A DNA stretch of 64,000 nt from NCBI RefSeq assembly GCF_037042905.1, contig NC_087246.1, positions 45,570,001 through 45,634,000 on the forward strand. The letters run 5' to 3'. The DNA comes from Lytechinus pictus. Lineage: Eukaryota. Shown here piece after piece: positions 53,301 to 64,000 of the stretch. The notes beneath the pieces were generated by a model. It did no database searches. It was not told the origin of the DNA and saw only the letters and a program-made list of their open reading frames with translations. Every line of letters starts with the position of its first letter. The stretch's first letter is position 1. The position numbers and the translations under genes are program-made.

Positions 53301-53770
53301 TTTTTAGCCCGCAGCGGGTTGTGACCGAGCTTTAGTCCAGGAACATGGTTGCCGTACAGCGAGTAAAAAACGGCCGTTTTAATCATTTTTTTACCAGCTA
53401 CATGTAGGCGGTTCGTATACATGATATAGAAGCTTAAAAAGATACAACAGAATATAATAAATTCGAGGGACAATCCTGCCCCCCCCCCGGAATCACCGCC
53501 CATGAAACTNNNNNNNNNNNNNNNNNNNNNNNNNNNNNNNNNNNNNNNNNNNNNNNNNNNNNNNNNNNNNNNNNNNNNNNNNNNNNNNNNNNNNNNNNNN
53601 NNNNNNNNNNNNNNNNNNNNNNNNNNNNNNNNNNNNNNNNGCAATAATAATAATAAGACATCAGAAATGCGAAACCAATTCACGAGTAATGCATTTTTTT
53701 GCAATGCCAACAATTAAATTCTTTTAATATATATATATATAGTGTAAAGTGTATGTGAGTGTGTATATAA

Positions 53771-53817
<47 letters not shown>

Positions 53818-56800
53818 TACATATATATATATATACTGTATATACATATTTAAAAATAATAAACAATTATTTTATATTGATCGGGAACCCGGCTAGAATG
53901 CACCTTGCAGCCAAATCGTAAGAAGGCCTAACCCACAGTATAGCAGTTTTAAGTATTTATAAACATAATGTACTAATAAACTAGAATAATTGCAGTAATG
54001 TTTGGAGAATTTACCAAAACTGAAGAACGACCCACAGTTAAAATTGAATCCATGTAATTTCACCACACTATGCACAAAGTTTCTGTGAAACATATCGATA
54101 CAACTTCATTTATTTAGCCTATTTGCTTTCTATCAAATTTGCCAAATTGAAAGTAAGGTAGAATAACGCAATCACGAGATTTAGGGTCCATTAGAACCCT
54201 CAGGATCATAGCGTTGAGTTCAAATCCCATGCCCAGTTCGCTAAATTTTCCATTTTCACTTTAGTTCAGAAAGGTTTACAAAATACATGATAAAGGTTTG
54301 GTGAGGAAATGACATGGATTTCATTTTAACCGTGGAACGTCATAAGGAGCTCATTTCCTATCCGAATGTGTCTTCTGGCTTCAGGTGACCCACCTTACGA
54401 CGACAACGCCAAGAAAGGCGACTACCCTTTGGTCATCAACCCGTCTTACAATGACAGTCTTGAGGTCCTCGTCGTTACCGCCTACCGTTTGGGCAAGTAC
54501 CTGGGTTATCTCGAAGTCACATTCGACGATGATGGTGTTGTGACGTCATATGCGGGGAATCCAATTGTCCTGGATAAAAACGTCGAGGAAGGCAAGTCAT
54601 TGTTGTGATTAGTATGCTGCATGCTGTTGCATAATTTCATGCTGCTGCCATGGGTATAAAATGCATTAATAGTCTCTTGTAACTTAAGGCCTGAATGCAA
54701 ATTAATAGACAGTAAAAATGATATTTATAATGTTTATACAACGCTGTTTAGTAAATCAATTGACTGTAGTTTTTTAACCGTTTAAACAAGTGTTAGCTAC
54801 CATAGGTGGTTCAGAATTTTTTTTCAGCCTTCTAACCTATATAAACACCTGGGTTTCCCTTGTTTTTGAGACCTTAAAACCATAAAATGCCGTTAATATA
54901 GATTTTAGTTTGACAGAACGTTCAATACAAAGTCTATGATCGATATTTGAGCTAGCGAATTTCAAGCAGTTGCGACCAAGCCTCTGTTATTTAATTGGCT
55001 TCTTTCCGAAGAGGTGATAGGATGAATCTCCGGACTTTGAACCACGAGGTCCGGGACTCGAATCCCACCTCAGCATGCAAGTGCGTCCCTTTGGCAAGGG
55101 GTTCAATCTACATTTGCCACTCTCAACCCAGCCGCAGCACTTAAAACATTGTATTAATCGTGCTGGAAAGAACACAGTGACACATAGTTTGATCACAGTG
55201 TGTTCACATAGTGGACTACGTGAAAATATTAATATTTTAACACTGTTAAAATGCTCAAATTCAACAGTGTGAAGGTATTGTCACACTGTGGTCCCCTCGA
55301 CAGCGTTACTGTTCAGAGCGTGTTCACATGGTCAACTATATGTGAATATGTGATTCATACTGTTGAAATGTGAAGGGGATTCCACATTGTGTTCCACACT
55401 GTGAACACACTGTGGCACACACTGTTGGACATTGCTTTCTTACCAGTAAGGAATCGCTTTATAGATGTGGCATATTATGATCAATATCGTTTCTTACCTT
55501 AGATCCTTTTGTGTTAGAACAAGTGGAAACCTACAAAGTCCTAGTGGATAAAATCTCAACCACAGTAGTCGGGTCATCAGATGTGGAGTTAAGTGGACGC
55601 GTCAGTGTATGCGGTGTCGGTGAATGCAATCTGGGGAACATGCTTTCGGACTCAATGAGGCTCTTTCACGGGACTGAAAATGAGCTTGACATCGCCATAA
55701 CCTCCGCCGGGAGTTTTGCTTCATCGATAGAACAGGGTCAGGGCGGTTTCACTCTATTTTACGAAGATTGATATTAGTCACTGGCGTATATATTGGGGGA
55801 GGGGGCTTAACAAATCTCACGACCAAGAAAAAAAAAGGAAACTTAAAAATAGAGAAAAGCAAATTAAAATTGTAAGATTTTTTTTATATATAATTTTCTA
55901 AATATAGTGTCAGAATCTATAATCTATATTAAAACTAAATTTTCGTGTTACAACTCTCATTTTATTTATTAGCTCGCGACTTAGTAGAAATTTGACTTAT
56001 TTCAAATAACGGTCACTCGATGGACAGTCAAATGAGGTTATGGTGTATATGAGCTATTTATTCCCATTGATAAGCATAACGTGATGGGTGAAGTGCACCT
56101 ATATGAGTCTCCCTAAAATCTTTTCCAGCTAGCCCACGCAGCCTACCGGTTTTACATCATACATACATATTTTTTTTATATTGGGAGCCCGATCAAAACA
56201 AAATATATGAGTGTTTTTGTCTTGTTAATCTAAAACCCCTTTTTTAGGCAACATCACTATCAGTGATCTGACGCGTACCCTACCGTACGGTGACACAATC
56301 GACATTCTCTCTCTTACTGGTCGATCTATCATGGACATTCTGGAACGATCTGTTGAAGATTTTGATATATCAACTCCATCTACTGCCTTCCTTCAGCTAT
56401 CAGGTATCGTCTTCCACATACTTTGAATGATTCTGTCCGATTGCTGAAATGCGAATCACGTCATAAATTGTAATTGCTCAAAGGCCCTTTTAAAATAAGA
56501 ATAAGAACATTAACGAAAGAGGGAATTAGGTGTCAAATTTAATTGTAACAGATAAAAAAGCCCGAATTTGAATTCTCTGAAATCACTTTACTTTTGTAAT
56601 CAGAATGTTAGACAGATGATAATCGAGTATAATTCATATTAACTGACCCGTTACCAAAGCGTCAGGTGGGTTTTAAAACTAATACTGCTGATGGCAGCGT
56701 CAAAGGCATGTGTACCTTAGAAGTGGTAGAAGAGGGATTGAACCCCTTGGGGGCGTCGTGGTCTAGTCGGTAAGACTCTCGTCTTTAAATCTGAGGGACA

Positions 56801-59457
56801 TGGGTTCGATTCCCAGCCATGGCGTGTTTTCCTTCAGCAAAAACATTACTTACATTGTGCTGCACTCGACCCAGCTGAGGTAAATGGGTACCACCTTGAA
56901 GTAATTCTTCAAAAAGCTGTGAGCACCAGATCCTGTAGACTACACACTAAGAAATCCCAGTGCAAATGGGGTGTACGTATCGTACACCCCATATGCGTAC
57001 ACCTCAAAATACCATCGAGGTGCAAGTTAGCTCTTTTGCGAGAGTCCGTGTCTGTTGTACACCCATGTACTCTTTCGTGCACTCCACCAGTCTCGCTGAT
57101 AGACGTATGGTATAGATAGAGTTGATTTGTGATCGAAGATTACCCAAAATAACAATGCACTTACGCCACACTTTACCTAAGTGAAATCGTTTTTTTTTTT
57201 TTTTTTTTTTTTTATGTGATGTTGATTGTTTCAAAAACACATTTGATTACGTCATGTACGTATACCTTTGGAGAAACAGTAAATAGAGCTATAGTTGAAC
57301 CACAACTATAAGCACAAATCAAGAAAAGAATCGGATCATATCGCTAGATACCTCATTCGCTGTCAGCGCTTCTCGCTGGCATAGCGGAAAGAATCTTGAC
57401 TACAGATAAAACGAGGTGAGTTCGAGTCCCAACTAAGGTAATTAAAAAAAGCGATACAGAAAGTGAATGGACCGGAATTCTCGACGATCATTTATTTTGC
57501 GGTTCATTATGCATCCTAAGGGGTAGAAGTGTACTAAGGTGCAGATGGACACCCAAAATAGGGGTGCACACCGCTAGGGGTACTCGTATAGGGACAAGCC
57601 TGTGCACCCTTAGGGGTGTAAAATTGAACCCGAATTTCTTAGTGTGTAGCTTACCACGGGTAATATAGGAGCGCCTTGAGCACCTATCAAAGGTGGATAC
57701 GTGGGCTATATAAATCCTATTCTATTATTTGATATTATTCGGTGGTGAATCCAGAAGAGAAGCCGGTAAATTTCCCATTTATCACATTGTCTAATTCCAA
57801 AGTTAAGCTCAACATATTTTGTCCCATATCCGCTGGGTGTAACACCACTTAGTGCATTGTGACTAGATGAGCTGTTTATAATCCAAGTTTTTAACCATAA
57901 ACAAAAATCAGTAGACTAAGTAGAAATTAGATCATCGGGGCGTAAGTCAAAATTAAAAACATAATATTCGTATTAAGTATTAGACTAAGTGCAGTGCAAG
58001 TTACTTACTGCCCGTTATACAGTACCTCCTGGTGGGTGTTTCATAAAGCTGTTCGTAAGTTAAGAGCAACCTTAAGATCGACTGGTGATCCTTTTTTAAG
58101 GTAAATGATATTCACCATTAATGTTCATTCTTTATTATTTAGCGCGTAAGAAAGGTTCACCAGTCGTTCTTATAGTTGCTCTTAACTTACAAACAGCTTT
58201 ATGAAACGGCCCCCTGGTATGCAGGGCAGCAACAAGAGCTTTCCACTACCGTCAGTCTTTGGCCAGTCTCTGGAGTGATCGATCCCCAGGTCTGTGGGAA
58301 GTTCCTCCACGGTCCGTCGCCAGGTAAAGTGCCAGCCAAATGGCAATGGGTAAGTCCCATGTGGTATTTGAGAAGTAGGCTAACCGCTTGTAGTACAAGT
58401 AAACATATAAAACTGAATGTTTATTATTATTATTATTATTATCAACTGATATCTCCATTAAGGAGTGAAGGTCGAATTTAACCTTGATCGTGGAAACGGC
58501 GAGCGAGTTGAGAGTGTCGAATTACTTTGTGACTCTTGTGAGGGAGGATACACTGACATCGACGTCGATGGCGTCTACCTTGTCGCCATGAATAGCTACA
58601 TTGCAGGGGGTCAAGAGGGATACACGATCATCCTCGATAGAACTATCAGTCGAGAAACAGGTATGCAATGTTCAATTAAACTTTCACAAGTCGACCGTTT
58701 GTAAAGTCGTACACTCGCCCTAGTCGAAGTAAGTGTTTTAAGATGCTTAAGGTCGAACACATTCCTGTGTACCAAAGGATGCGACTTAGGCAAACTTGTA
58801 TTTTTTTATTGTTCGGTATTATGTTAAAGTAGGTATATTTTGCAGTTTCATTTTCTAATCATGATAATGGTTGTTGGAAGCGATGATCAGCCACTAATTA
58901 CACAATCTCCCATGTATCGATATCACAAATAATATTTATCGAAACCGTCCTTAGACATGCTGTATTTTGCAAGCTGGTGGGATAAGCGGGAATAGCAAAT
59001 AACATTTCTTCATGTCTTCATTTACATTCATAGAAAAGTAACAATCATGGTAATGATTCTAAGTTAACTTTATCCATCCTTTTGCTTTTACTCCTTAATG
59101 ATAATATCGACTTTGCAGTAAACATTTAATTTATGCCAGTACACCACTAAATATATCGCTCAAGTCATTCATATAATCGTTTAAAATAGAAGTGTTTAAT
59201 ATTGTTTTGTTTTTTTATACTAATATTCAAACTACTAAAATGGTGCAAACACGATCTCAAATGTTTTAAACCATCAACCAATTCTATCATTGGATTCTTT
59301 AGGTAACCTGGACGTAGACGTAGCCGCGGATTTCTTGAGAGAGAATTATCCTTTCAAAAGCAGCATTCCTCGTATCGTTTTCAGTGGATCGAGCATGCTC
59401 AAAGCCCCAATCCCTTGGGTTTTGTTTCTTCTTTGTTTATGTAGCTTGACGGGTTGA
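45387..59457 (+). CDS. NT5E: Ecto-5'-nucleotidase (CD73/NT5E)-like GPI-anchored protein, ~570 aa, 8 exons; degenerate active site; exon 3 interrupted by a MITE in this sequence
   Basis: Exons 45387-45746, 50977-51190, 51543-51694+52119-52155, 54385-54591, 55503-55736, 56248-56403, 58463-58660, 59303-59457 total 1713 nt in frame once the MITE and one TSD copy are removed. Motifs LTILHTND, CFGGVARR, LLDTGDQFQGT, GVNKIIAL, GVDIVVGGH.NTFLYTG, GKYLGYL.V.FD, ECNLGN, FLQ.SG. Signal peptide and GPI-type hydrophobic tail present. The symbol denotes the family. Confidence 0.9.
46617..46662. mobile_element. 46-bp minimal hAT-like element
   Basis: 19-bp TIRs (1 mismatch) around an 8-bp spacer; exact 8-bp TSD CATAATAC. 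Confidence 0.8.
47585..48447. mobile_element. MITE with CC(C)GGG-type termini, host of a nested insertion
   Basis: TIR ggggcacttccattgacgagtggataccatg / catggtaaccactcgtcaatggaagtgcccc. Confidence 0.82.
47891..48200. mobile_element. PIF/Harbinger-like MITE with ~60-bp near-perfect TIRs
   Basis: ggcccgtattctgaagtcgggtttaacttagactcaggtttaaag and its exact reverse complement; 3-bp TSD AAT. Confidence 0.9.
48524..48630. repeat. (GAT)n/(AAT)n simple repeat
   Basis: Read directly. Confidence 0.9.
50090..50200 (-). mobile_element. Degenerate tRNA-derived SINE fragment
   Basis: On the minus strand: B box gggttcaaaccc followed by ttccttcagcaaaaa, as in the SINE at 56749. Confidence 0.55.
50254..50304. 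repeat. (TA)n(TG)n microsatellite
   Basis: Read directly. Confidence 0.95.
50443..50528 (-). other. tRNA-like cloverleaf (pseudo-tRNA or repeat head) with a palindromic expanded anticodon arm
   Basis: 7-bp acceptor stem ATCTCTG/CAGAGAT, A box TGGTCTAGTGG, T arm CCGGG-TTCGATT-CCCGG, 32-bp perfect palindrome at 50471-50502. Confidence 0.75.
50977..51190 (+). CDS. 5'-nucleotidase-like exon 2
   Basis: GLSKNEFLRGVPGL...FPAVSSNI...VGGEKVGVVG; tttcag/gtattg borders. Confidence 0.9.
51543..52155 (+). CDS. 5'-nucleotidase-like exon 3, split by an insertion at 51695-52115
   Basis: GVNKIIALSDSSFDIDQEIARSVRGVDI | VVGGHFNTFLYT; ttccag/gtaaca borders. Confidence 0.88.
51695..52115. mobile_element. 421-bp MITE inserted in coding exon 3 of the 5'-nucleotidase-like gene
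   Basis: 26-bp perfect inverted repeat gtgttttcgcccagcgtcgtacgacg just inside the ends; 3-bp TSD ATT at 51692-51694 and 52116-52118. Confidence 0.93.
52224..53331. mobile_element. PIF/Harbinger-like non-autonomous element with long imperfect inverted arms
   Basis: TTA on both sides; ggcttggtcccaacc/ggttgtgaccgagct termini; internal IR gaaaacgctatgcatccgttgtgta / tacacaacggatgcatagcgttttc. Confidence 0.8.
53510..53640. other. Assembly gap (131 N)
   Basis: Run of N. Confidence 1.
53728..53836. repeat. (TA)n-rich microsatellite
   Basis: Read directly. Confidence 0.9.
54385..54591 (+). CDS. 5'-nucleotidase-like exon 4 (GC donor)
   Basis: GDYPLVI...VVTAYRLGKYLGYLEVTFDDDG...GNPIVLD; ends G|gcaagt. 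Confidence 0.88.
55012..55132 (+). mobile_element. Degenerate tRNA-derived SINE head
   Basis: B-box-like ggactcgaatccc followed by gtccctttggcaagg...ttgccactctcaacccag. Confidence 0.55.
55503..55736 (+). CDS. 5'-nucleotidase-like exon 5
   Basis: DPFVLE...VVGSSDVELSG..VCGVGECNLGNMLSDSM. Confidence 0.9.
56248..56403 (+). CDS. 5'-nucleotidase-like exon 6
   Basis: GNITISDLTRTLPYGDTIDILSLTG..I..ILERSV...FLQLS; not in the ORF track. Confidence 0.9.
56749..57729 (+). mobile_element. tRNA-derived SINE, interrupted by a MITE
   Basis: A box gtggtctagtcgg, B box gggttcgattccc, core cactcgacccagctgaggtaaatgggtacc, tail gcgccttgagcacc...ataaat(tat)n. Confidence 0.82.
56943..57646. mobile_element. CAC...GTG-terminated MITE inserted into the SINE
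   Basis: cacactaagaaat/atttcttagtgtg TIR with TA duplication; the flanks rejoin to match the uninterrupted SINE copy at 29710-29834. Confidence 0.82.
58032..58212. mobile_element. PIF/Harbinger-like MITE
   Basis: gtttcataaagctgttcgtaagttaagagc / gctcttaacttacaaacagctttatgaaac; CTG flanks. Confidence 0.78.
58463..58660 (+). CDS. 5'-nucleotidase-like exon 7
   Basis: GVKVEFNL...GERV...LCDSC...Y...NSYIAGGQEGY. Confidence 0.9.
59303..59457 (+). CDS. 5'-nucleotidase-like exon 8 with GPI-anchor signal
   Basis: GNLDVDV...RIVFSGSS followed by hydrophobic tail PIPWVLFLLCLCSLTG*. Confidence 0.85.
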
Positions 59458-60743
59458 TTTCAGATTCTTACGAACGTTGGCTGCATAATATGAGAACGAT
59501 ATTTCTATTGATATTTTTAATGAAAAAATAATTACAGTTTTTAGTATAATCATCGTCATCCTCATCATCATTATTATTATTATTGTTGTTATTATTATCA
59601 TTATCATTATTCACATTTTAAAAGCAATTATTGAAGGTAAGAGTAGTTGCAGCAATTATTTCATGATCATGGTGATTGATTGCCACCATGTTATCATATA
59701 TCTAGTTCTGGTACATTGAAATAAACTTATCTTAGTTTGTGAAATCATGAAATATTACGTAATAACAGATCACTCTGATGATTAACTTACACAAAAATAC
59801 AAACGTGGGACAGTGTATTAATATTGTTAGGAAAAATGCCCGACATTTTATGAAATTCCTTGCTTACTTTGCTCATTTCTCAGCACTTACACATTTTTTT
59901 TCCAGATCCACTTGGCACATAGTTTTTATTTGTACAAACAAACACTTGGGTAGTAATTTCATTGGATTCTGTTCTTACTCCTTTGGAGATCGTTATCACA
60001 ACTGGTATTTATCTTTAACTGAGCACGCATTATGCGTGTTGAGGTATATATACTGATAATAATGATGATAATTATGATATATTATGATGATAATATCTAA
60101 ATAACACCTATTGGCATTATAATCATGATTATATATCATTTATTATTATAAATAGTATATCTCTATTATTAGTCTCACGATGATAATTGTTCATCATCTA
60201 ACTATCAACTGTTTAAGTAATGTAGTAATAATTAAAAATGCAAAACTTTGAGGTGCATTTTCAGTTCCTTTGTTATTTATCTTCATTCGAAGTAATTTCA
60301 TTCCTTATCTTTGTTTTTGCATTGAAGCCCCCCCCCCCTCCACACACACACTTTTCACGAGCTAATATCTGAAGAAATTTTGTTGGCAAAGACATATATG
60401 TGTATATATTTGCCTTCATCATCCCCCTTTATGTTGACTTTACCATCAACAAGAAGAGAATGTGTCCACCTTCATGACATCTTGAATAACAAATTTGGAA
60501 TCTCTATCACAAATTTGCTCTCCGTGATTGTTAAATCCAACGATCTTGGTAGTTTTAAGAGGTCCAATGATAATAACGGACAGGCATAGTCACATGCTCA
60601 TCACATGGTTCCACACTAACTGTCGTGAGAATGGATGATACTTTCACATCCTCGAAGATGTGTGAGAAATATAGTGTCAAATGAGAAATTTCTTGTCAGG
60701 CACGGTTCTAGGGGGGAGCTTTTGGGACTGAAGCCCCCCCCCC

Positions 60744-60774
<31 letters not shown>

Positions 60775-61839
60775 GAAAAATATAAAAAAATAGATATACA
60801 AATGTATATAGGCCCTTATATGCGTGTATATGTATTGAGTAATGCAGTATTTCATTATCAAAGCTTTTACTATTCAATTTAAAAATATTCTCGCTCGGTC
60901 GCTATTCGCTCCCTTACAAAATAACATCTAAATGCAGAATACATTAATGATCCTTTTTTTTTTCTTCAAATTTACCTCCCTACCTCCCCCAACACTAATA
61001 CGTTCTGCACGCCAAATTTCAACACAGAATTTTTGCACATGAAGAGTGTCCAAACCTTGGCAATTTTTGTACGTTTAATAATATTTTGATGTCAGGTATA
61101 ATGGTTTTGTAGAGTTTTCCGATGCATTTTCAAAGATTTGTTTGCATTGAATACTATAAATTTTTAATTTGTCAAATAATATGTTTGTCCCCAATATTTT
61201 TATAGGTAAGATAATCCCTTCCCCTCCCAAGGATTATACAGGGCAAGGATCTTAGGGTCATGTTCTTTTGCCGCCGATCTTCATGTTGTGTATCACATTC
61301 AGGAATTTAAAGATGTAGATTTACATTTATTATGTTATTCTTCTACATGCACCAGTCGGGTCTGATGGGTGTTATACAATCATGTAGATGAAATGGTTAT
61401 GAAAAACTTTCTCAATCATATGTGATATTTTTTTCGGTCGCTACGCTTCTTTGCATAATAATATTAGAAACATTTTGAAGGCCAGGGACGAGGAACTGGC
61501 TGCTTGGTCAGATCAGTATAATCTCCCATGTATATGCTGCCCCGCGATAGGCCGCCATTTCAATTGTTTTTAATGAACCAACGTCGAAAATTTCTCAAGC
61601 CCCCAGACGCCCCTTCAAAATTGTTAGTCTAGAACTGCGGCTGTTTCTTGTAAAGAGCAAAGCATTGTTATTTTTTTATGATGCTGAAAGAAAGTTGTGT
61701 TTTCAATGCTGTCTATCATTAAAATGAAGTGAACTACGATGAGCTTTCGCGAACAGTGAATATCCAGAGCTGTTGTGCATCAGGATCATCCTTTTATAAA
61801 ACAGACATTTATTGTTTTGCAGTCTGTCCCGAAGGTTAT

Positions 61840-62106
61840 CTATTTTGAAGGTCATATTCCGAATGTTATACGGTATATCCCGAATATTCATTAGTCCGAA
61901 GGCTCCTTGATCAAAAATGTTTATTATTCCGAAAATACAGTTCGATATTCCGAAGGTTTGATAGTCCAAAAATTAAGTTTACATAAATTGTATTTCGTAT
62001 AACGTGGTATAGTTCCTGTTCTCAACGAACCTTTATTTCCGGATTACCGAACCTTCAGAATAACGAACCTTATTCTATTGTTGGAGTAGATAACCTTCGG
62101 AATAAC
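61840..62106. repeat. Degenerate ttattccgaaggtt-type inverted/tandem repeat (MITE-like)
   Basis: Recurrent ttccgaagg / ccttcggaa units in both orientations. Confidence 0.5.
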
Positions 62107-63429
62107 AAACGATTTTTTTTTTATTAACATGCTGATCATTCGACTTTCATATTGAGAATTGCAGGAACGTTTCATTAAATTATAAAAAATGACCTAGAAG
62201 AATACGAAGAAGAGCACAGAGAGGAGAAAATATCTTGATCTAGTTGAAACCGAATAAAATATAGTTAGGCCATAATTCAGTATATGTAATTTCTACGTGA
62301 CTTTGCAAGATAATGCGAGGTTGAATGTAGTGAAAATCTTTCTCTAGAACATGTAGAATATTCAATTTTTATCATATTTGAACAAACAAGAAGAAGACCA
62401 TGTAATTTTAGAATTGTTAGGAGAAATGGTCTGGCAAAGAACTTTTAAAACATAAGAAGTATCGCTCTTACCGAGTATAAGATGAGTTGTGCAAACATGA
62501 AATAAATACACTCCATTAAGGGCAGGATATGCATAACCTAACAGAAAAGATGGACATCATGCTTGGACGCTTATTCTTCTGCGCATTTGACATTTTCTCA
62601 AGGTGGGTGGATGGATGGCCGACTGCTTTTCAAAAGATGGCTCGAATCCTGTTGAAAATGGACGTACATTTAATAAGGTATTCCTTTTAACATGTTTAAG
62701 GTACGAGCATGGTATGGAATTGGAAATTACTCTTAAGATTTAAAAACGAATCACATTTCAAGACTTGCGTTGTTGTTTTGTTTTGATTTAGTAACGGTAA
62801 AAATGTACCCCTACAAAAAACCACGACGTTTTTCCTCAATCTCTCATTTTTTCATCGTCAATTTTTCTGCCACAGACCATGGGTTGTTTGCGTTTAATTA
62901 CAGTCAATCAAATGAGAGGTTGGGTGTCTAGGATTCTCTAGAAACAGGCACGTTCGTCATTTTGCGACATGTTTCAGACGAAATAAAGATCGAAGACATC
63001 ATTAAAAGTTGAGCATCAAATTACAGTGTACTGGAAGACGTGTCGTGTAGTCATGGTAGTGTTGGGCAAATAATTATTTGGTAGCTCTGCTGTCGCCGTA
63101 AATTGGTATTTCAAGTAATTTTCGATTCTCAACCATTCTCATTTGTAATAAAGTTATTCCCCTGATACACTGAAGTAGGATCCGGGATTATACAATTAGG
63201 TGTTTGCACTGAACAATGAACCACTCACGTTTGATATTGACATTGTGAAATTAACGAAAGCGTGTAGTATTTTTTCGGATGCAAAAATTTGAATTGTTCT
63301 TGGATATTTCATATCATCAATCGTCATGCCCATCACAGTGCTATACCGGGTACTCTAACCTCAACGATCCCTCGATATTGTTCCGTAATTTATGTAAGGC
63401 CTACTGCTTTCTATGTCTAGATTTTCAAG

Positions 63430-64000
63430 ATGGAGAATACAACCACGTCGATTCTCCGCAATCTTTCTGACCTAAGAATGACAGAATCGAGTGAGGCGAC
63501 TTTCCAGTTTTCAGTAAAATCCAAGGTTGTTTTCTCCGTAGAACTGTTGCTGGCCACTGTGACCATCGGAATGAATATCGTTATTCTGATAGCTTTCCAC
63601 ATCGAGAAAAGGTTGAGGACCTACTCCAACCAGTATATCATCAACATCACCATTTCCGATCTCCTTGTGGGGTTCATCATGTTGATTCGTTCTACCTTCG
63701 CCCTCTACAGAACCTGGGTATTTGGTGATGCTCTATTCTATGTCTTTGTCGGCGTTCAGAACACTCTTCTTGGAGTTTCAGTTCTCGGTGTTATTGCAAT
63801 TTGCATAGATCGTTACCTCGCAACCTGGTATCCGATTCATCATTTCCAAAGAAGAAGCAAAACGGTCGCACATGTCGTTAATGCTATCACCTGGGTCTTG
63901 TCCATTTCTTTCTGGATACCAATCGCAACAATCTGGGACTTGGTTAGCGGAGGAAAATCTAAGTCAAAGAGCATTGTGTTCAGCCCAAATTATGGTAACC
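63430..64000 (+). CDS. Rhodopsin-family (class A) GPCR, muscarinic/histamine-receptor-like scaffold, TM1-TM4, truncated by the window end
   Basis: Uninterrupted ORF MENTTTS... with N-glycosylation sequons, GMN (TM1), RLRTYSNQYIINITISDLLVG (TM2), WVFG, IDRY...YP and TM4 W..S...W.P. Acceptor tctag at 63420 just before the ATG. Missing from the ORF track because there is no stop in the window. Confidence 0.92.
   Translation, partial: MENTTTSILRNLSDLRMTESSEATFQFSVKSKVVFSVELLLATVTIGMNIVILIAFHIEKRLRTYSNQYIINITISDLLVGFIMLIRSTFALYRTWVFGDALFYVFVGVQNTLLGVSVLGVIAICIDRYLATWYPIHHFQRRSKTVAHVVNAITWVLSISFWIPIATIWDLVSGGKSKSKSIVFSPNYGN

Noticed and set aside
53135-53717. Long ORFs of 71-192 aa
   Set aside because: They span the N gap and transposon sequence.

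Overview
Eukaryotic, AT-rich, intron-containing animal DNA. The repeat landscape suggests a sea urchin or other echinoderm (inference). I reconstructed four + strand genes by hand from splice sites and reading phase. (1) 4977-16736: a 7-exon, ~521 aa type II membrane protein, TM-stalk-Frizzled CRD-EGF-EGF-Frizzled CRD, with no protease or signalling domain. (2) 23129-34037: an 8-exon, ~394 aa peroxisomal (SKL) FMN-dependent 2-hydroxyacid oxidase (HAO1-like) whose substrate-binding Arg appears to be Asp. (3) 45387-59457: an 8-exon, ~570 aa GPI-anchored ecto-5'-nucleotidase (CD73) homolog. It has lost most metal ligands, the catalytic His-Asp dyad and the substrate Args, uses a GC donor, and has exon 3 interrupted by a young 421-bp MITE with an ATT duplication. 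(4) 63430 to the window end: a class A GPCR with an aminergic-like scaffold lacking Asp3.32 and Cys3.25. Introns and intergenic DNA hold many non-autonomous DNA transposons (8-bp, 3-bp, 2-bp and TTAA target duplications, several nested), Helentron-type HINE-like elements, tRNA-derived SINEs, a 7SL-like head, a tRNA-like cloverleaf with a palindromic anticodon arm and a perfect 55-bp hairpin. One assembly gap lies at 53510-53640. Residue equivalences to human proteins are from remembered family motifs, not from a database search.
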